A stretch of 64,000 nt of DNA from Zootoca vivipara (GCF_963506605.1 NC_083283.1:72850001-72914000), one strand, 5' to 3'; positions 24,061-36,821 are shown, counted from the stretch's first letter. The notes: generated by a model not told the origin, from the letters alone. Translations and numbers: made by a program.

Positions 24061-24759
24061 ATATTTCAGAAGTGTGCCAGAATATAACTGAAGTGCTGCA
24101 AGTTGGTTTTCTTTAATTGTGTTGCCTTAAAACCTTGCAAAGTATTGCCTAGTACTGATAGGAAATTGCAGAGTTCATTATTTCTAAAGCAGGGCTCCTT
24201 TTGTTAAAAATGATTGCACTGTGTAGACTTAATGCAGACAGTCTGCCTTTATGATCATTATTTCTGTTTCCAAGCCAGAATTGGTTAATTTTCTGTGAAT
24301 TACTGTATAGATTGTGTTGACTGCTGCTGTTTGCCTGTAAATTACCCTAATCAGCATTTGCTTGGCTCCACTCATTTGAACATTTTTATCGCTAGTCCGG
24401 CTCAGAGGTCTTTGGAGCTGAAGTGGTACTTCCCTTTATTTATTTCTATAGGCAACACTGGAGTATTTTCACCGGTTTTATAACATCAAAAGCGCATGTG
24501 GCTTTTATTGCAAGGTCTTTGATCCATCAAGAGTGCTATTTTGATCTAAGAAGCAACTAATTGCACCAAAGAAGCTCATTGCTGATCACCATTCATCACA
24601 GTGCAGCTATATATAGGTGAAAGCAACCCCTAATTTCCCATAGAACAATCCACCTCCAGAATTTTGGGAGTGCATCCCCAAAGAAATTTTAATGGTTATC
24701 ATAAATTCCTTCCTGCAGAGCTCTCAACACCAAGGCCACAAGACATGTACAACTCCAGC

Positions 24760-25021
24760 CAGGGCCGTCTTAAGTGCCCCTGGCGCCGTGGTGCGACGGA
24801 TCCCTCCGTCGCCCCCCCACCCTGTTTGCCAGCGCGGTGGGCGGGCGGGCGCAGCGCGGCTGCCACAGGCACTGCTGCGTGGCGGGCGGGCAGGCACAGC
24901 GTGGTTGCCGTGGGCGCAGCGGACCGGCCGGCCAGCGGGCGGGCGCAGCTTGCGGCGCCCCCCTGGCGGGCTGGTGCCGTGGTGCCCTGCGCCACCCAGC
25001 CTGGCCGTACGGCCGGCCCTG
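24760..25021. mobile_element. GC/CpG-rich hAT MITE (262 bp)
   Basis: TIR CAGGGCCG/CGGCCCTG; perfect 8-bp TSD ACTCCAGC (24752-24759, 25022-25029). Confidence 0.9.
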
Positions 25022-25037
25022 ACTCCAGCATTGTGAC

Positions 25038-25550
25038 CATCAGTGACTGGCAGGATGGTGATGAGTGTTTACCAGGAGAAGGGAGGCTGGAGTCTGACTC
25101 AGGAGAGGGAGGCAGTGGTCTATGGGGACCTGTATCAGCCAGGATGCAAAAAATCGGAGGCAGGGGAAGCTTGAGAGCTGGGGGAAGAGGCAGGCCAGGT
25201 AAGTGAAGGGCCAGGTGCTTCCTCACCCTCTCCTGCATCACTGTCTTCTAGGGGGAAATTGAAGTGGGAAGAGCAGAAGCAGCTTCCACACAGGTGTGGT
25301 CTCTGGCCATGTGTGCACAGCCCGTCAGGGGAAGGTAGACGGGGAGGGGTCCCCAGTTGCTGCAATTGCTCCCTAGAGCAGTTTCCCTATTCCCTGCCTC
25401 CAAATTCCCTATTCCCTGGGAATAGCTGCCTAGATGCTAGATTGGTGTGCATCGGCCTCCAAAGCTGTAGAAGCAACTGCAATAGTTGACAATAAAGAGT
25501 TAACTCTCAACAAAACAAAACAAAACACCAAGACATCCTCATGCCTGAGG
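25038..25550 (+). mobile_element. Solo-LTR-like element related to 41443-42045
   Basis: Purine-rich 5' part; AATAAAGAGTTAACTC matches AAGAAAGAGTTAACTC of the other copy; ends and TSD unclear. Confidence 0.55.
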
Positions 25551-26514
25551 TTGTGGGGTAGGAGTGGAGGTGGGAATTCATTAAGCTTATCATTCTGGTG
25601 AATCTTAAATGACTCCTCATTGGCATTCCATATCAGGAACCATTTTGAATTCTTCTACAGTATAGGCCAGCATTCAGTGGTGACTCTAGATTTCATTTTT
25701 GTTTGTTACCTGGGCAGATTTTTTTTTAATTTAGGGTAGAGGGTATGCAGCCCTTCCTGAGACTCACATTTGTTTATTCTGAACTTAATTTCTTGGAGCC
25801 TTTGAAAAACAGAAAATCCAACAACATATCCCCCCAAACCCCCCCCCCCACATATGCAGAATGTTCTATTTTTAGCCTCCTGTCTCATTTTCCTAGGGTA
25901 GCTGTTGGGTGAATATTATTGCCACAATCAATACACTTTTAAGAAAACCCAGCAGATGTTATGCAGAAAGATCAATAGGTTAATACCTGTTTCACTGTTT
26001 GGAGTGCTTAGGAAATGCCTTTGTTGGATATATGCAAAGCTAGGATGAGGAAGATCAAATGAGGATCTGAGCTCTTTTGAACAAGCAGATAACTTCAGTA
26101 CCAAACACATCAGTTAAGTGTTTGATCTCTTTACTCTAGCTGGTCTCGAAAATTACACTGAATGAACTTTGTTTAAACTCTGACTTCTTGTACAGAGGAC
26201 TTAAGGAAATCTTAATGATTCCCCCCCTCCACCCCCACCCCTAGAGCTCAATGTCTTCCATCAGGTTCAAAACCAAGTATTTATTTTATTTTGAGCAGCT
26301 GAATTGACTGCAGCAAACAGGATTAGTGGAAGATACTTGGGCTACAGTGTATAGATTGCTTGTACTAAGTTGTTCATCTGGTAACACAAAAAACAAACAA
26401 ACACAATTTCAAAAACTAGATCTTCGAATCTTGTTCTTTAAGCGTGAATGCTTGTGATTGTGTTTCCATCTAAATCTCAAAACATCATTTCTGCTGCTTT
26501 ATTACACACAACTA

Positions 26515-26711
26515 TGTTGTTTAGTCATGTCCGACTCTTCGTGACCCCATGGACCAGAACACACCAGGCACTCCTGTCTTCCACTGCCTCCCGCACTTTG
26601 GTCAGACTCATGTTGGTAGCTTCAACAACACTGTCCAAGCATCTCGTCCTCTGTCATCCCCTCCTCCTTGTGCCCGCCATCTTTCCCAACATCAGGGTCT
26701 TTTCCAGGGAG
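26515..26711 (-). mobile_element. Bov-B (RTE) 3' fragment
   Basis: GTCCGACTCTTCGTGACCCCATGGAC terminus, homologous to 27782-28054. Confidence 0.9.
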
Positions 26712-26712
26712 T

Positions 26713-26714
<2 letters not shown>

Positions 26715-26768
<54 letters not shown>

Positions 26769-26884
26769 TTATTTATTTATTTATTTATACCCCTCCCATC
26801 TGGCTGGGTTTCCCCAGCCACTCTGGGTGGCTTCCAACAGAAAAATAAAATAAAATAATTGATTAAACATTAAAAGCCTCCCTA
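26715..26884 (-). mobile_element. L2 3' end with (AAT)18 tail
   Basis: CCCATCTGGCTGGGTTTCCCCAGCCACTCTGGG...AAAAGCCTCCCTA. Confidence 0.85.
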
Positions 26885-26967
26885 TGTCAGATACATAGAC
26901 GTATGGAAAACAAGTTCTGTGTGGAATGCTTGAAGGACCTGGCCATATTTCTGCTGGAGGAGAGTAG

Positions 26968-27222
26968 ACAGTGGAGGGATGGGACATGATAGCATGTTTC
27001 AAATACATTAAGGGTCATCACATAGAAAAGGGCAAAAACTTACCCCAGAGGTCAGGACTAGGCTCTACCAGGCATAAGATGTCGGGAGGTAACTTTCAGT
27101 TGAACATTAGAAGATATGTCTTGATGATAAGAGCAGTGGTGGTTAGTGTCTGTTGGGTATTTTCTAAGTCTGGATTTCTGGAACTGATTAAGGAGTTGGA
27201 GTAGATGGCTTACAGTGATTCT
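26968..27222 (+). mobile_element. Old CR1 3' fragment
   Basis: Translates DMIACFKYIKGHHIE...FQLNIRR, a CR1 ORF2 C-terminus. Confidence 0.75.
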
Positions 27223-27228
27223 ATAAAG

Positions 27229-27562
27229 CAGGGATGTCCAACAGCTTGATTGGGATTGACTGGTCGATCCCTGGCTGGTTTTGGTAGATCGCGGCCGATC
27301 CCAGGCTCCTTTTGCTTTGCTGTTGAAAAAAAAGAACATCCGGCCCTGCTCTCCATTCTTGCATGTGCGCTAGAACGGAAGGCGGAGTTTTCGCTATGAG
27401 GTTGACTGTTTCCTTAGCGATATTATGGTGAGCGGCTTTCAAACGTTCTCCTTTATTGAAGTTTTAAAAATGGGGCTTTCCTCCCGAAAAAAAGCTCGAC
27501 CACTTTGTCCTTAGGCCTCAAAAAAACATAGATCACAGTCTCTTGCGGGTTGGACGTCCTTG
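27229..27562. mobile_element. hAT-Charlie-like non-autonomous element
   Basis: TIR CAGGGATGTCCAAC / GTTGGACGTCCTTG; TSD imperfect. Confidence 0.7.
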
Positions 27563-27781
27563 CATTATAACAATGGCAGTGTAATGGATTGGCCTGCTAA
27601 CCTGGCTGTGAAAATTCCAGGGTTTGTACTCACTGTGTATCTATCACAGAATTCAACACATAGCAGTGGTGGTTGGTGTCCACTGAGACTAGTGGGGGAG
27701 CAGGGAACCCAAGCAGCAAATGAAGCCAGGGCCAATGAAATGAAGAACTAACTATTTGTAGTTTTGCTCCCATCTGAGATT

Positions 27782-28054
27782 GTTGTTGTTTAGTTGTCTA
27801 GTCGTGTCCGACTCTTCGTGACCCCATGGACCACAGCACGCCAGGCACTCCTGTCTTGCACTGCCTCCCGCAGTTTGGTCAAACTCATGTTCGTAGCTTC
27901 GAGAACACTGTCCAACCATCTCGTCCTCTGTCGTCCCCTTCTCCTAGTGCCCTCAATCTTTCCCAACATCAGGGTCTTTTCCAAGGATTATTCTCTTCTC
28001 ATGAGGTGGCCAAAGTATTGGAGCCTCAGCTTCACGATGTGTCCTTCCAGGGAG
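27782..28054 (-). mobile_element. Bov-B (RTE) 5'-truncated insertion
   Basis: Encodes EKTLMLGKIEGTRRRGRQRTRWLD...HGVTKSRTRL; (CAA)n tail; 13-bp TSD CCCATCTGAGATT. Confidence 0.95.
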
Positions 28055-28320
28055 CCCATCTGAGATTAAGGGGAAGGAAAGTGACAGGTGATGCCACTGC
28101 CTCGAATGGTTTTAAGTAGGAAAGCAGGCCAGTGAGGGCTGGCTAAAAGCAGACTTTGGTTGGTGGGGCAGTGCCCTAGCTGTCCAATTCAACACACCAA
28201 CCCCCAATGAATCTCCGTTTGAATCCAAGACTGTGGCTATGGGGAAAACAATACCTTTTCTGGGTGGGCATGGGGTATTGATGCTGTGAACCCCTCCATC
28301 GTGGGCTCAGGTTGTATATA

Positions 28321-28562
28321 CAGTTCTACCTTGGAAGTTGAATGGAATCCATTCCGGAAGTCCGTTTGACTTCCAAAATGTTCGGAAACCAAAGTGTGGC
28401 TTCCGATTGCAGCTCCTGCAGCCAATCAGAAGCCACAGAAGCCTCGTTGGACGTTCGGGTTCCAAAAGAACATTCACAAACCAGAACAATCACTGCCGGG
28501 TTTGCAGCGTTCGGGAGCCAAAACAATCGAGTTCCAGGGCTTTCAGGTCCAAGGTACGACTG
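28321..28562. mobile_element. Tc1/mariner MITE
   Basis: TIR CAGTTCTACCTTGGA / TCCAAGGTACGACTG with TA flanks. Confidence 0.85.
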
Positions 28563-28619
28563 TATGTGGAAATGAACAGAATATCAAACTGCTTGAAGAT
28601 TGGGGTGGTGTGCAACAAT

Positions 28620-28622
<3 letters not shown>

Positions 28623-28685
<63 letters not shown>
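28623..28685. repeat. Compound (GT)n(GA)n microsatellite
   Basis: Direct reading. Confidence 0.95.
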
Positions 28686-29417
28686 GCTATTTCCCCTCTA
28701 TTCATTGCCACAGTTGCTGAATATTTTGTACTCAAGTTTCTATCCCTGAGTACAAAACATATCATTCTGAACAGCTCTTAGACTCTGTTGCTATCTCAGA
28801 ACTTGACCTTGAGCTTTTGTGCCTCTCAGTAGTACAGCAGCTGTAATAAACCGTCCTCACCTCAATGGGAAATAAGTAATTAATGTTTGTGAAGCACTTG
28901 GAGTTCCTGAGATGAGTGGTGCTATACAAATGCCAAGTATTAATGTATTTGATTTATATGCAGTGGTTTCTTGGGGTTTTGTTTTGTTTTGTTTTTAAGA
29001 GTCTAAATGTTTTTATAACACAACCCATTGGGATTTTTAATACAACAAAGAACCAATGTTGTTGTGCAAGGGCTCCTCAGTTTCTGCAATCATAGGTATC
29101 CCTTCCTGTGTGTGCAAAATAGTTTAATGGCCTGTCCCTCAGTTGTGTTATTTCACTGATAGTTCCCAAATGGACAATGCCCCATACTGTGTTAAGATTA
29201 AAGCAAAATTAGTTTTAACTTTTTCACAGTAGGATAGAATGATCTATAAATCATCCAAAATTATGATTCCCCCCCCTTCCCTAAAAAAAAACAAAAAAAC
29301 AGCAATTGGACTTCTCAGGGCTGGTTAGATTCAAAGTAGTTGGAAGACCTAATGTGACACAATTCTTCCAAGTCTTAGAAGTATGGATTTGCCAAATTTC
29401 CTGTAATGCTTCTGCAG

Positions 29418-29763
29418 AGGATGGCGCTGTAGGTTAAACCACAGAGCCTAGGGCTTGCCGATCAGAAGGTCGGCAGGTCAAATCCCTGCAATGGGGTGAG
29501 CTCCCATTGCTTGGTTCCTGCTCCTGCCAACCTAGCAGTTCGAAAGCACGAAGTGCAAGTAGATAAACAGGTACCACTCCGGCGGAAAAGTAAACAGTGT
29601 TTCCGTGCGCTGCTCTGGTTTGCCAGAAGCGGCTTAGTCATGCTGCCCACATGACCTGGAAGCTCTACACCGGCTCTCTCGGCCAATAAAGTGAGATTAG
29701 CATTGCAATACCAGAGTCGTTCATGACTGGACCTAATGGTCGGGGGTCCCTTTACCTTTTCTT
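29418..29763 (+). mobile_element. Near full-length Sauria SINE
   Basis: Aligns end to end with 14788-15137. Confidence 0.93.
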
Positions 29764-30034
29764 TGTTTATATAGTCTTGGGTGCTGACATTTTTAATCAC
29801 CAAGAGTCAAGATGCCTTAACACAGGAACTTTTTTCTTTTCTTTTCATTTTTTGCTCTTTCAGCTTAATTTGGATTTGCTTTAATTTCTTTATAGTGTAG
29901 GAGAAAGGAGGGTAAGGAAGGCACTGCTCTACCATGATAATTGGTAGTGTAAGCAAGCCTTAAGAATGTGTTTAGTATACTTCCTATGTGAACTGATAAC
30001 TGGCTCCTGCTAGCTGAACAGAATCCATAATATT

Positions 30035-30180
30035 GATTGGTTGGCTGGTTGGTTGGCTGGTTGGTTGAATGAATTTATATACCGCCCTATACCTGGAGGT
30101 CTCAGGGCGGTTCACAGAACAAAATCAAAATATAAAACCTCAAAATATATAATCAAAATAAAAACAACCACCCAATAATC
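30035..30180 (-). mobile_element. L2-type 3' end with TTGG-repeat tail
   Basis: TTTATATACCGCCCTATACC...CTCAGGGCGGTTCACAGAA; related copy at about 43975-44035. Confidence 0.6.
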
Positions 30181-31729
30181 TGATATACAGAATCTCTAGT
30201 ATATACAGTAGTCCTGTAATGGCACCTTGGAAAGTGGATAAATTTATGTTGTTCATCTCATGTGCCTGCTGTTCATGATGGCTATGGGCTCCTTCTGCCT
30301 GTGCCTAAACCACAGTTTCAAAGAAAATTTGCAGGGTCTCTGTTAATTGCTGGAGATGGGATTGAGTAACTTCTTGATGTTATATTTGGGGGTGGGGGGA
30401 AGGTGGCTCATCCATGATTTTCTTTGTCTCACCAGTCATCAATGCAACATGAAACCTCTTGCTACCTCTTACAGGTCAATCTAATCAATTCTGCACAACT
30501 TATCCAGCGCTCCATCTTACAACAGCAGATCTGGTGACTTTAACAATGCATCAGACTTTTCTTACCCACTCCCTTTTCTAAGAAGAATCCCGAAGAGTTA
30601 AAAAATGTGTGCACTAATTTGTGACGTTTTTGTACAGGCATGTCAAAGGTCCGTTTGGGGGACCTAATCCAGCTAGATTTAACTTTGGGGTAAAATTGTA
30701 AAAACAAAAACAAATAACTCAACAACTTTGGTCAGCCCTCACACATGTCCACTTCTTGCAATCTGGCCCTCTTTGGAAAAAGTTTGGGCACCCCTGTCTT
30801 TGTAGGTACAAAATATGGACTTTGTATTCCCCCCTCCCTAAGGGTCAGCATGGTCTGTGTGTCTAAAATATACAATAGGACAATATTTACCTGTGATTTT
30901 GAGAGGGCGTTCTTCCTTGGCAATACATAGTAGAAAGTTCAAGATGTGTTTCTGTGTAGCCAGAAACATTTCTCAGGAGAGTTTTGCACATTTTTAAATT
31001 CTCACCGACATTTCCTGCAGTGAAATTTTGAACTGAATTTGCAAGATTTTCCCCAGGGGGAAAAAAAATTCAACGAACTTTGAGGCAGTTCCACATAGAT
31101 TAACAAAAATTCTTAGGTGTGTGTGTTCTACATATACAGTACCTAACATATACTTCTCTAGTAATTGAAATAGCAGTTTATAGACCAGTCTGCATCATCT
31201 GAGGCTCTGTGTCGGTTCGGCAAGATTAGAAGAGCTTGTAAAGTCACTTCTTTTCATGTGCTACCTCAGCAACTTCATGTTATATTTGGGACTTTGGAAC
31301 AGCTCAGAGAACTATTTTAACATAAGGTGAGAAATGGGGCAGAATGTAAAGCTAATACCAAGAGATGGAGAAGGGGGTGGGGGGATGGGGAAAAAAAAAC
31401 TAGTAATGAAAAATAGATGCAGTTTATGTATATGCTACACACACAGGCCTTTCACCTTATTCCATTCAAGCTTTGGGGAATTGTTCTGTCCTTAATGCAT
31501 GACTGAGAAAGTACTCAAGACTAATAGCTCTGCACTTCAGCTAGAAAAACATGTTTCGGCTGAATGAGCCTTATTAAAAATATGACTTTAAATAGGAGAA
31601 ATAAAAGGTTGGTGAACTCAGGGAATAGAAGGCAGCTGGGAAAAATGTTAGGCTTCCATCAACCCCATCCATTATTTACATACAGAGGATGGGAAAGAGG
31701 GTTGGGCTGTCCTGTAGGGCAGTCCAAGC

Positions 31730-31821
31730 CATAGCTGTCAACTTTTCCCTTTTCTCGTGAGGAATCCTATTCGTAATAAGGGAATTTCACTTAAAAAAGG
31801 GGGGGGGAGTTGGCAGCTATG
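31730..31821. mobile_element. 92-bp hAT MITE, same family as 18890-18978
   Basis: TIR CATAGCTGTCAACT / AGTTGGCAGCTATG; 8-bp TSD GTCCAAGC. Confidence 0.9.
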
Positions 31822-31998
31822 GTCCAAGCTCAATGCTGGAATTCCAGATGATGGGCATGTGTCTGCTCTCCTTATCTATTTTTGTTCCCATGTATTGCTT
31901 TGCATTTGTTTTGCACCTTTCCTTCAAGGGTGAGGTATACAAGATTCATACCATTCTACCCCAATAAGAACCATGTGATTGTTAGGCTGAGAGATGAT

Positions 31999-32399
31999 AA
32001 GGTAAAAGGTAAAGGACCCCTGGATGTTAAGTCCAGTCAAAGGTGATTATGGGGTTGTGGCACTCATTTCACTGAAATGAAATGAAGGAAATGAAATGAA
32101 GGCTGAAGGAGCCGGCGTTTGTCCACAGACAGCTTTCCGGGTCATGTGGCCAGCATGACTCAACCACTTCTGGTGCAACGGGGCACCGTGACGGAAGCCA
32201 GATCGCACGGAAACTCTGCTTACCTTCACACCAGAGAGGTACCTATTTATCTACTTGCACTGGTGTGCTTTTGAACTGCTAGGTTGGCAGGAGCTGGGAC
32301 AGAGCAACGGGAGCTCACCCTGTTGCGGAGATTTGAACCGCCGACCTTCTGATCAGCAAGCCCAAGAGGCTCAGTGGTTTAGACCACAGCGCCACCCAC
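31999..32399 (-). mobile_element. Full-length Sauria SINE (second subfamily)
   Basis: 18-bp TSD GTTAG(G/C)CTGAGAGATGAT; internal GAAAT-repeat insertion. Confidence 0.93.
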
Positions 32400-33364
32400 G
32401 TTAGCCTGAGAGATGATGGCATTCCCAATGCTACAATGTTTTTCCTCAATCATCAACCTTCTCAGCCCACTGGAGCCATCCCCAGGGTCCTCTGTGAATC
32501 ACCCACATCATCTGATGTCACTCTGACTTGGCCAACCACTGCTACTTACATAAATATGAGGTGGCTGTATGATTATTTGTTTTTAATCGCTATGCCATAA
32601 ATTTACATGGGGCATTCTGCTGAGAAATGCTACTGAAATGCTGTGATCAGCCAAGCTGCTATCTGAAGTGATGGCAATATGTTTTTCTTAAGCAGTAAAA
32701 ATGCCTTGGGGCACCTTGGATATAAAATAGCCACTTTATTTCAAGTAAGCCCTCTCCCAATCAATTCAGTCTTGGAAGGGACCTTGTTTGCCAGCTGAAC
32801 GATGCAGGAACAAGGGGCTGGAGTTATTCTCCTGAACTCAGCTGTTGCCAATATGTAGGCATGTACCTTGTACGTTGGCCATTTCACAAGTCTAAAAAAT
32901 TCTTTGAAACAGTTTCAATCCCCCCCCCATTTTTTTTTCATATGAGGGAATGGAAAGTAATTAAAGACTATGCAAGGAGGTCTGTTGTATGTGATAAAGG
33001 ATAAGTAAGCTATTCAGAATGAGCAGCTGGAAGGGAGGCAAGGAGAAAGAGAACTATAGCTGCTGGGAATGGAGGGAGGAGGAGTCAGAGAAGAAAATGA
33101 GTGAATAAACAGGGACAGGAACAAAACACATTCTTTTATGAGCTACTGCCAATGGCTGGAGTTCACCAAAATTGCAGATATAATGTAAGGCAGCAATTAC
33201 AATTGAATTTGCCGGACTCCTGTGGTTTGTACATTTGAATCAGGTTTTCTGCAGTTCAGGTTAACCAGTAGACTTAAAAAAAAACCCCAGTATAAATTAC
33301 ACTTTGCCAAGAAGACAAAATAAGAATAGTTTTTATATAAGACTTTCATATGCATTACATCAGT

Positions 33365-33515
33365 AATACTCACAGGGTTTGACTATCTCCATATTGCAGA
33401 TGGGGGCTTGAGGTCTCCCTCAAGTAGTGGCTAACCTCAGACCACCTACTGAGTTCATTGAGGAGATGAGATTTTAACCAGGAACTTCCCAGCTCACTGC
33501 TCTGACTCTTAACTG
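33365..33515 (-). mobile_element. Old MIR-like SINE
   Basis: CTCCATATTGCAGATGGGGG...GAGATTTTAACCAGGAACTTCC...CTCTTAAC. Confidence 0.5.
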
Positions 33516-33708
33516 TCGAACTGCACTGGTTCTTTATGGAAGTGTTCCGCTGAAAGAATGCACCTTTAGCATGGTGCATGGGTCACACAAGCGCACAAAC
33601 ATAACCTATGCAAGTTCACAAGATTATCAGTATGGTCCCTGGCTGTCCTTGTTTAGGAAGCATACTCACTGCATGTATGACAATCATCTGAACAGAACTA
33701 AAGTTTCG

Positions 33709-33917
33709 GTAGGATGAAGAACTTCCTGACAGTAAGAGCTGTTCGGCAGTGGAATTTGCTACCAAGGAGTGTGGTGGAGTCTCCTTCTTTGGAGGTCTTT
33801 AAGCAGAGGCTTGACAGGCATATGACGGGAATGCTTTGATGGTGTTTCCTGCTTGGCAGGGGGTTGGACTGGATGGCCCTTGTGGTCTCTTCCAACTCTA
33901 TTATTCTATGATTCTAT
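33709..33917 (+). mobile_element. Young CR1 3' end
   Basis: Near-identical to 55343-55543; ATTCTATG terminal repeats. Confidence 0.92.
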
Positions 33918-35312
33918 AAGCAAAGCAATTTTATGCTCTTAAATTGCAGCTTAACAAATTGAAGTAGGATGAAACAGCTAATATTTTCTAATTGCCAGAA
34001 CAGTTGAGCAGTGAAGCATGATAGGAAACTCATATCTTGGTCACTTACAGAAGAAGTTTGTTTTAAGTATAAGGAGTCGTGTCATTGAACGGAGGGGTGG
34101 ACAAGATGAACCTTAAGATCATTTCAGGCTCTTATGAGTCTATAATGTAAGAATTGTCTCTGTAGGAAACAAACGACATATAGGCAATATGTTTATGTCT
34201 TTCCAGCATAGCCTGTCTTCTCTTTACTGTGGATGGCTATTGTCAGTTTTAAGACATTATCCGGTTATTGTGTGAGGTAGTACAATGGGCATTATGTTAC
34301 AGCATTAGCTTTGAGCTGGGAATTTGATTTGCATGCATAAAGATGTGAATAAGTACCTACCAATGCCAAGTGATAGAACAAATAAGCAATAAACATCAAC
34401 ATCAAAAGTAATTATGAAAAAATTAAAAGATTTAGCATCCTGTCTGGTTGTTGGCTTTTATTAGTGTACTTCTCAGGTCTGGCGGTTTTTGATGACTCGG
34501 TCATTACGTTTAAATGAACAGCGAGTTTTATGAAGTAAAATAAATTGAGAGTTTCATAATTTAAGTTTGAAGCTAAGAAAATTTACTAGATACATTGTTC
34601 AGGCACAGCTGAGTGAAATTCATGCTTTGGGAATAGATTTTATGTTTCATGGGGCTTCAAAAGCGATTGAAAAAGGTGTATGAGATGTCTGCCAATACAG
34701 CCCACTTCATCCTCACTGAAAAGTTGATAGTTGGACCTGCTGGACCAAGTTAACACCTTGGGCTAGAGGTCTTCTTTTCGGGTTTCTGGAGAAGTAGTAG
34801 AATTTCAGAGTAAAGGGGACAGAATAAAGGGGGCGTGCTGCTTTGTCCTTAGAATGGATCAGAACTGGTCAATATTAAACTGGAAGCACTTTACAAGCAG
34901 GATAGAATTCAACCAAACTTAATATTCTAAGTTCAAACAATGAGAGAGGACCCCCAAATTGTAAACTCTATCAGGGAAAAGCCAGAAGTAGCTGCTATCT
35001 GCAGCTGTCGCAGTTCAAGCCAGTGTACAGCTCTACACAGAATGACTGTACAGGCTTTGGAGGGCAAAGTTTATCTTGCTAGATGAATCACAATCAGCAG
35101 GGAGAAGGCAGTGTTTGAAACACCCATTGTTCTAGACACATTTTGCGACAGGGAATAGTACTGTGCCTAAGATTTCAGGTTAAAACTGCAAAGTGGAAGG
35201 AAAGGGGGACCTTTTTTCTGCCTCCCCACTTCCAACTACTCTCTGAAGACTGGAGAAGAGACCCTCTTAAGAATATTGTGGGGGTGGGGGGTGGGCAGGG
35301 GAAGGACTAGAC

Positions 35313-35448
35313 CAGGCATCCCCAAACTGCAGCCCTCCAGATGTTTTGGCCTACAACTCCCATGATCCCTGGCCAACAGGACCAGTGGCCGGGGAAGATG
35401 GGAATTGTAGTCCAAAACATCTGGAGGGCCGAAGTTTGGGGATGTCTG
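35313..35448. mobile_element. hAT-Charlie/URR1-like palindromic MITE (136 bp)
   Basis: TIR CAGGCATCCCCAAACT / AGTTTGGGGATGTCTG; 8-bp TSD GACTAGAC with central TA. Confidence 0.92.
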
Positions 35449-36821
35449 GACTAGACCATGTAAAAAATGAACATAATATTTTAGCTGCAGTTCATTCATT
35501 TTCAGCTTTGTATTCTTGTTATAAAAAAAGCGCACCTAGACAGCCCGCTGTGGCACCCATAACCTAGTTTTAAGGTGCCATTTAACTCCTAGCTTTCATA
35601 TCTCAGTTTCTAACACTGAGAAAAGGGGATGGGTGGCAAGGTTTATACAGAGCATGACTTGGAATAAAATGTGCTGCAGAAATAGACATGAGGGTTTGTG
35701 AGGCTTCATAATGTGGGGTGGAGAGGAACAATTTTGCCATTGAATATGACCCTGTAATAAACTCCTATCTCAAGTAATTCATAGAAGGGGCTGGGTGTTT
35801 GAACCCTTCCTATGTAGTCTGAAACAATAATAAACGGCAAGAGCATTTTACTCCGTAAACCTAGTGAATACCTTCACAGTTCCTATTTGTATACAGAGAT
35901 TAGTTAATAGGTTCCACTCACCCCCACCTCTTTATCCCTTATGAGTTTCTGTGAGCCGTTAAAGTTAATGGGAAAAGGATCCCCGAGAAGCAAATTTCCT
36001 GATTTTATTTGGAATGTTTTCTCTCAGAAGAGAAAACAATTAACAGAAATTCTTTTTGCAGATTTCTAGAACAGCTTGAAATACTGAAGTAAAAAGGGGG
36101 AAAGATCACTAATTGAACAGTAGTATTTTAAATGTCATTTGACAGCAGCTAAACCCTTTTCATGACAAAACACAGAGGGTGTATTGAATTGTTCAATTGA
36201 AGTAAAAACAAACAAACCAAGGAACTGTTACTTTTAGCAGTTTTCCCTCAAAATTAAGGAAGCGTGTTTTCAAGCTCCCTGTCCAAGACACCAGGAAACA
36301 CATCTATTTACCACTACATCAATTAACTGAAACTATAAAGTTATTGTTGTGTACCAAATCAAAATAAGGGTACAGAGTCAAAGGCCAAGTATTGCCCATC
36401 TTTACGAAAACACATTATCCAGTGAGCTGTGAAGGAAGAATTGGCACTCTCATTTTCATGGTAGAAAACAATTATGGATGGGAATTGCCATTTGGTCTTC
36501 TTATACTAATTTAAATTTCTGATAGCTTTTGTCTCTACACAATGCTTTGCTGCAGGCTGTTGCTTTCAGGATACATATACTATAGTTTATTTATAGTATT
36601 TGCTATATTTGGGCTGTTCTGTGATGTGCTCCATTCTACAACCTTTTCCCTTCTTTCTAAATGTCATATGTTTTATCTTTCTGAGCAGTTACAAGAGGGG
36701 TGGGTGGAGTCCAGATTTATCTTAAAAGCAACATTTCTGAAATACTGAGAAGCTCAGTTCAACAGAGTCGCCATTCGTGAAAATCACAAGCACGGCTGGG
36801 CCTACCATCAGACTGTGGGAA

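Noticed and set aside
24664-25241. Overlapping 180-aa ORFs on both strands
   Set aside because: Result of a stop-poor GC-rich MITE; the frames cross TSD boundaries of unrelated elements.
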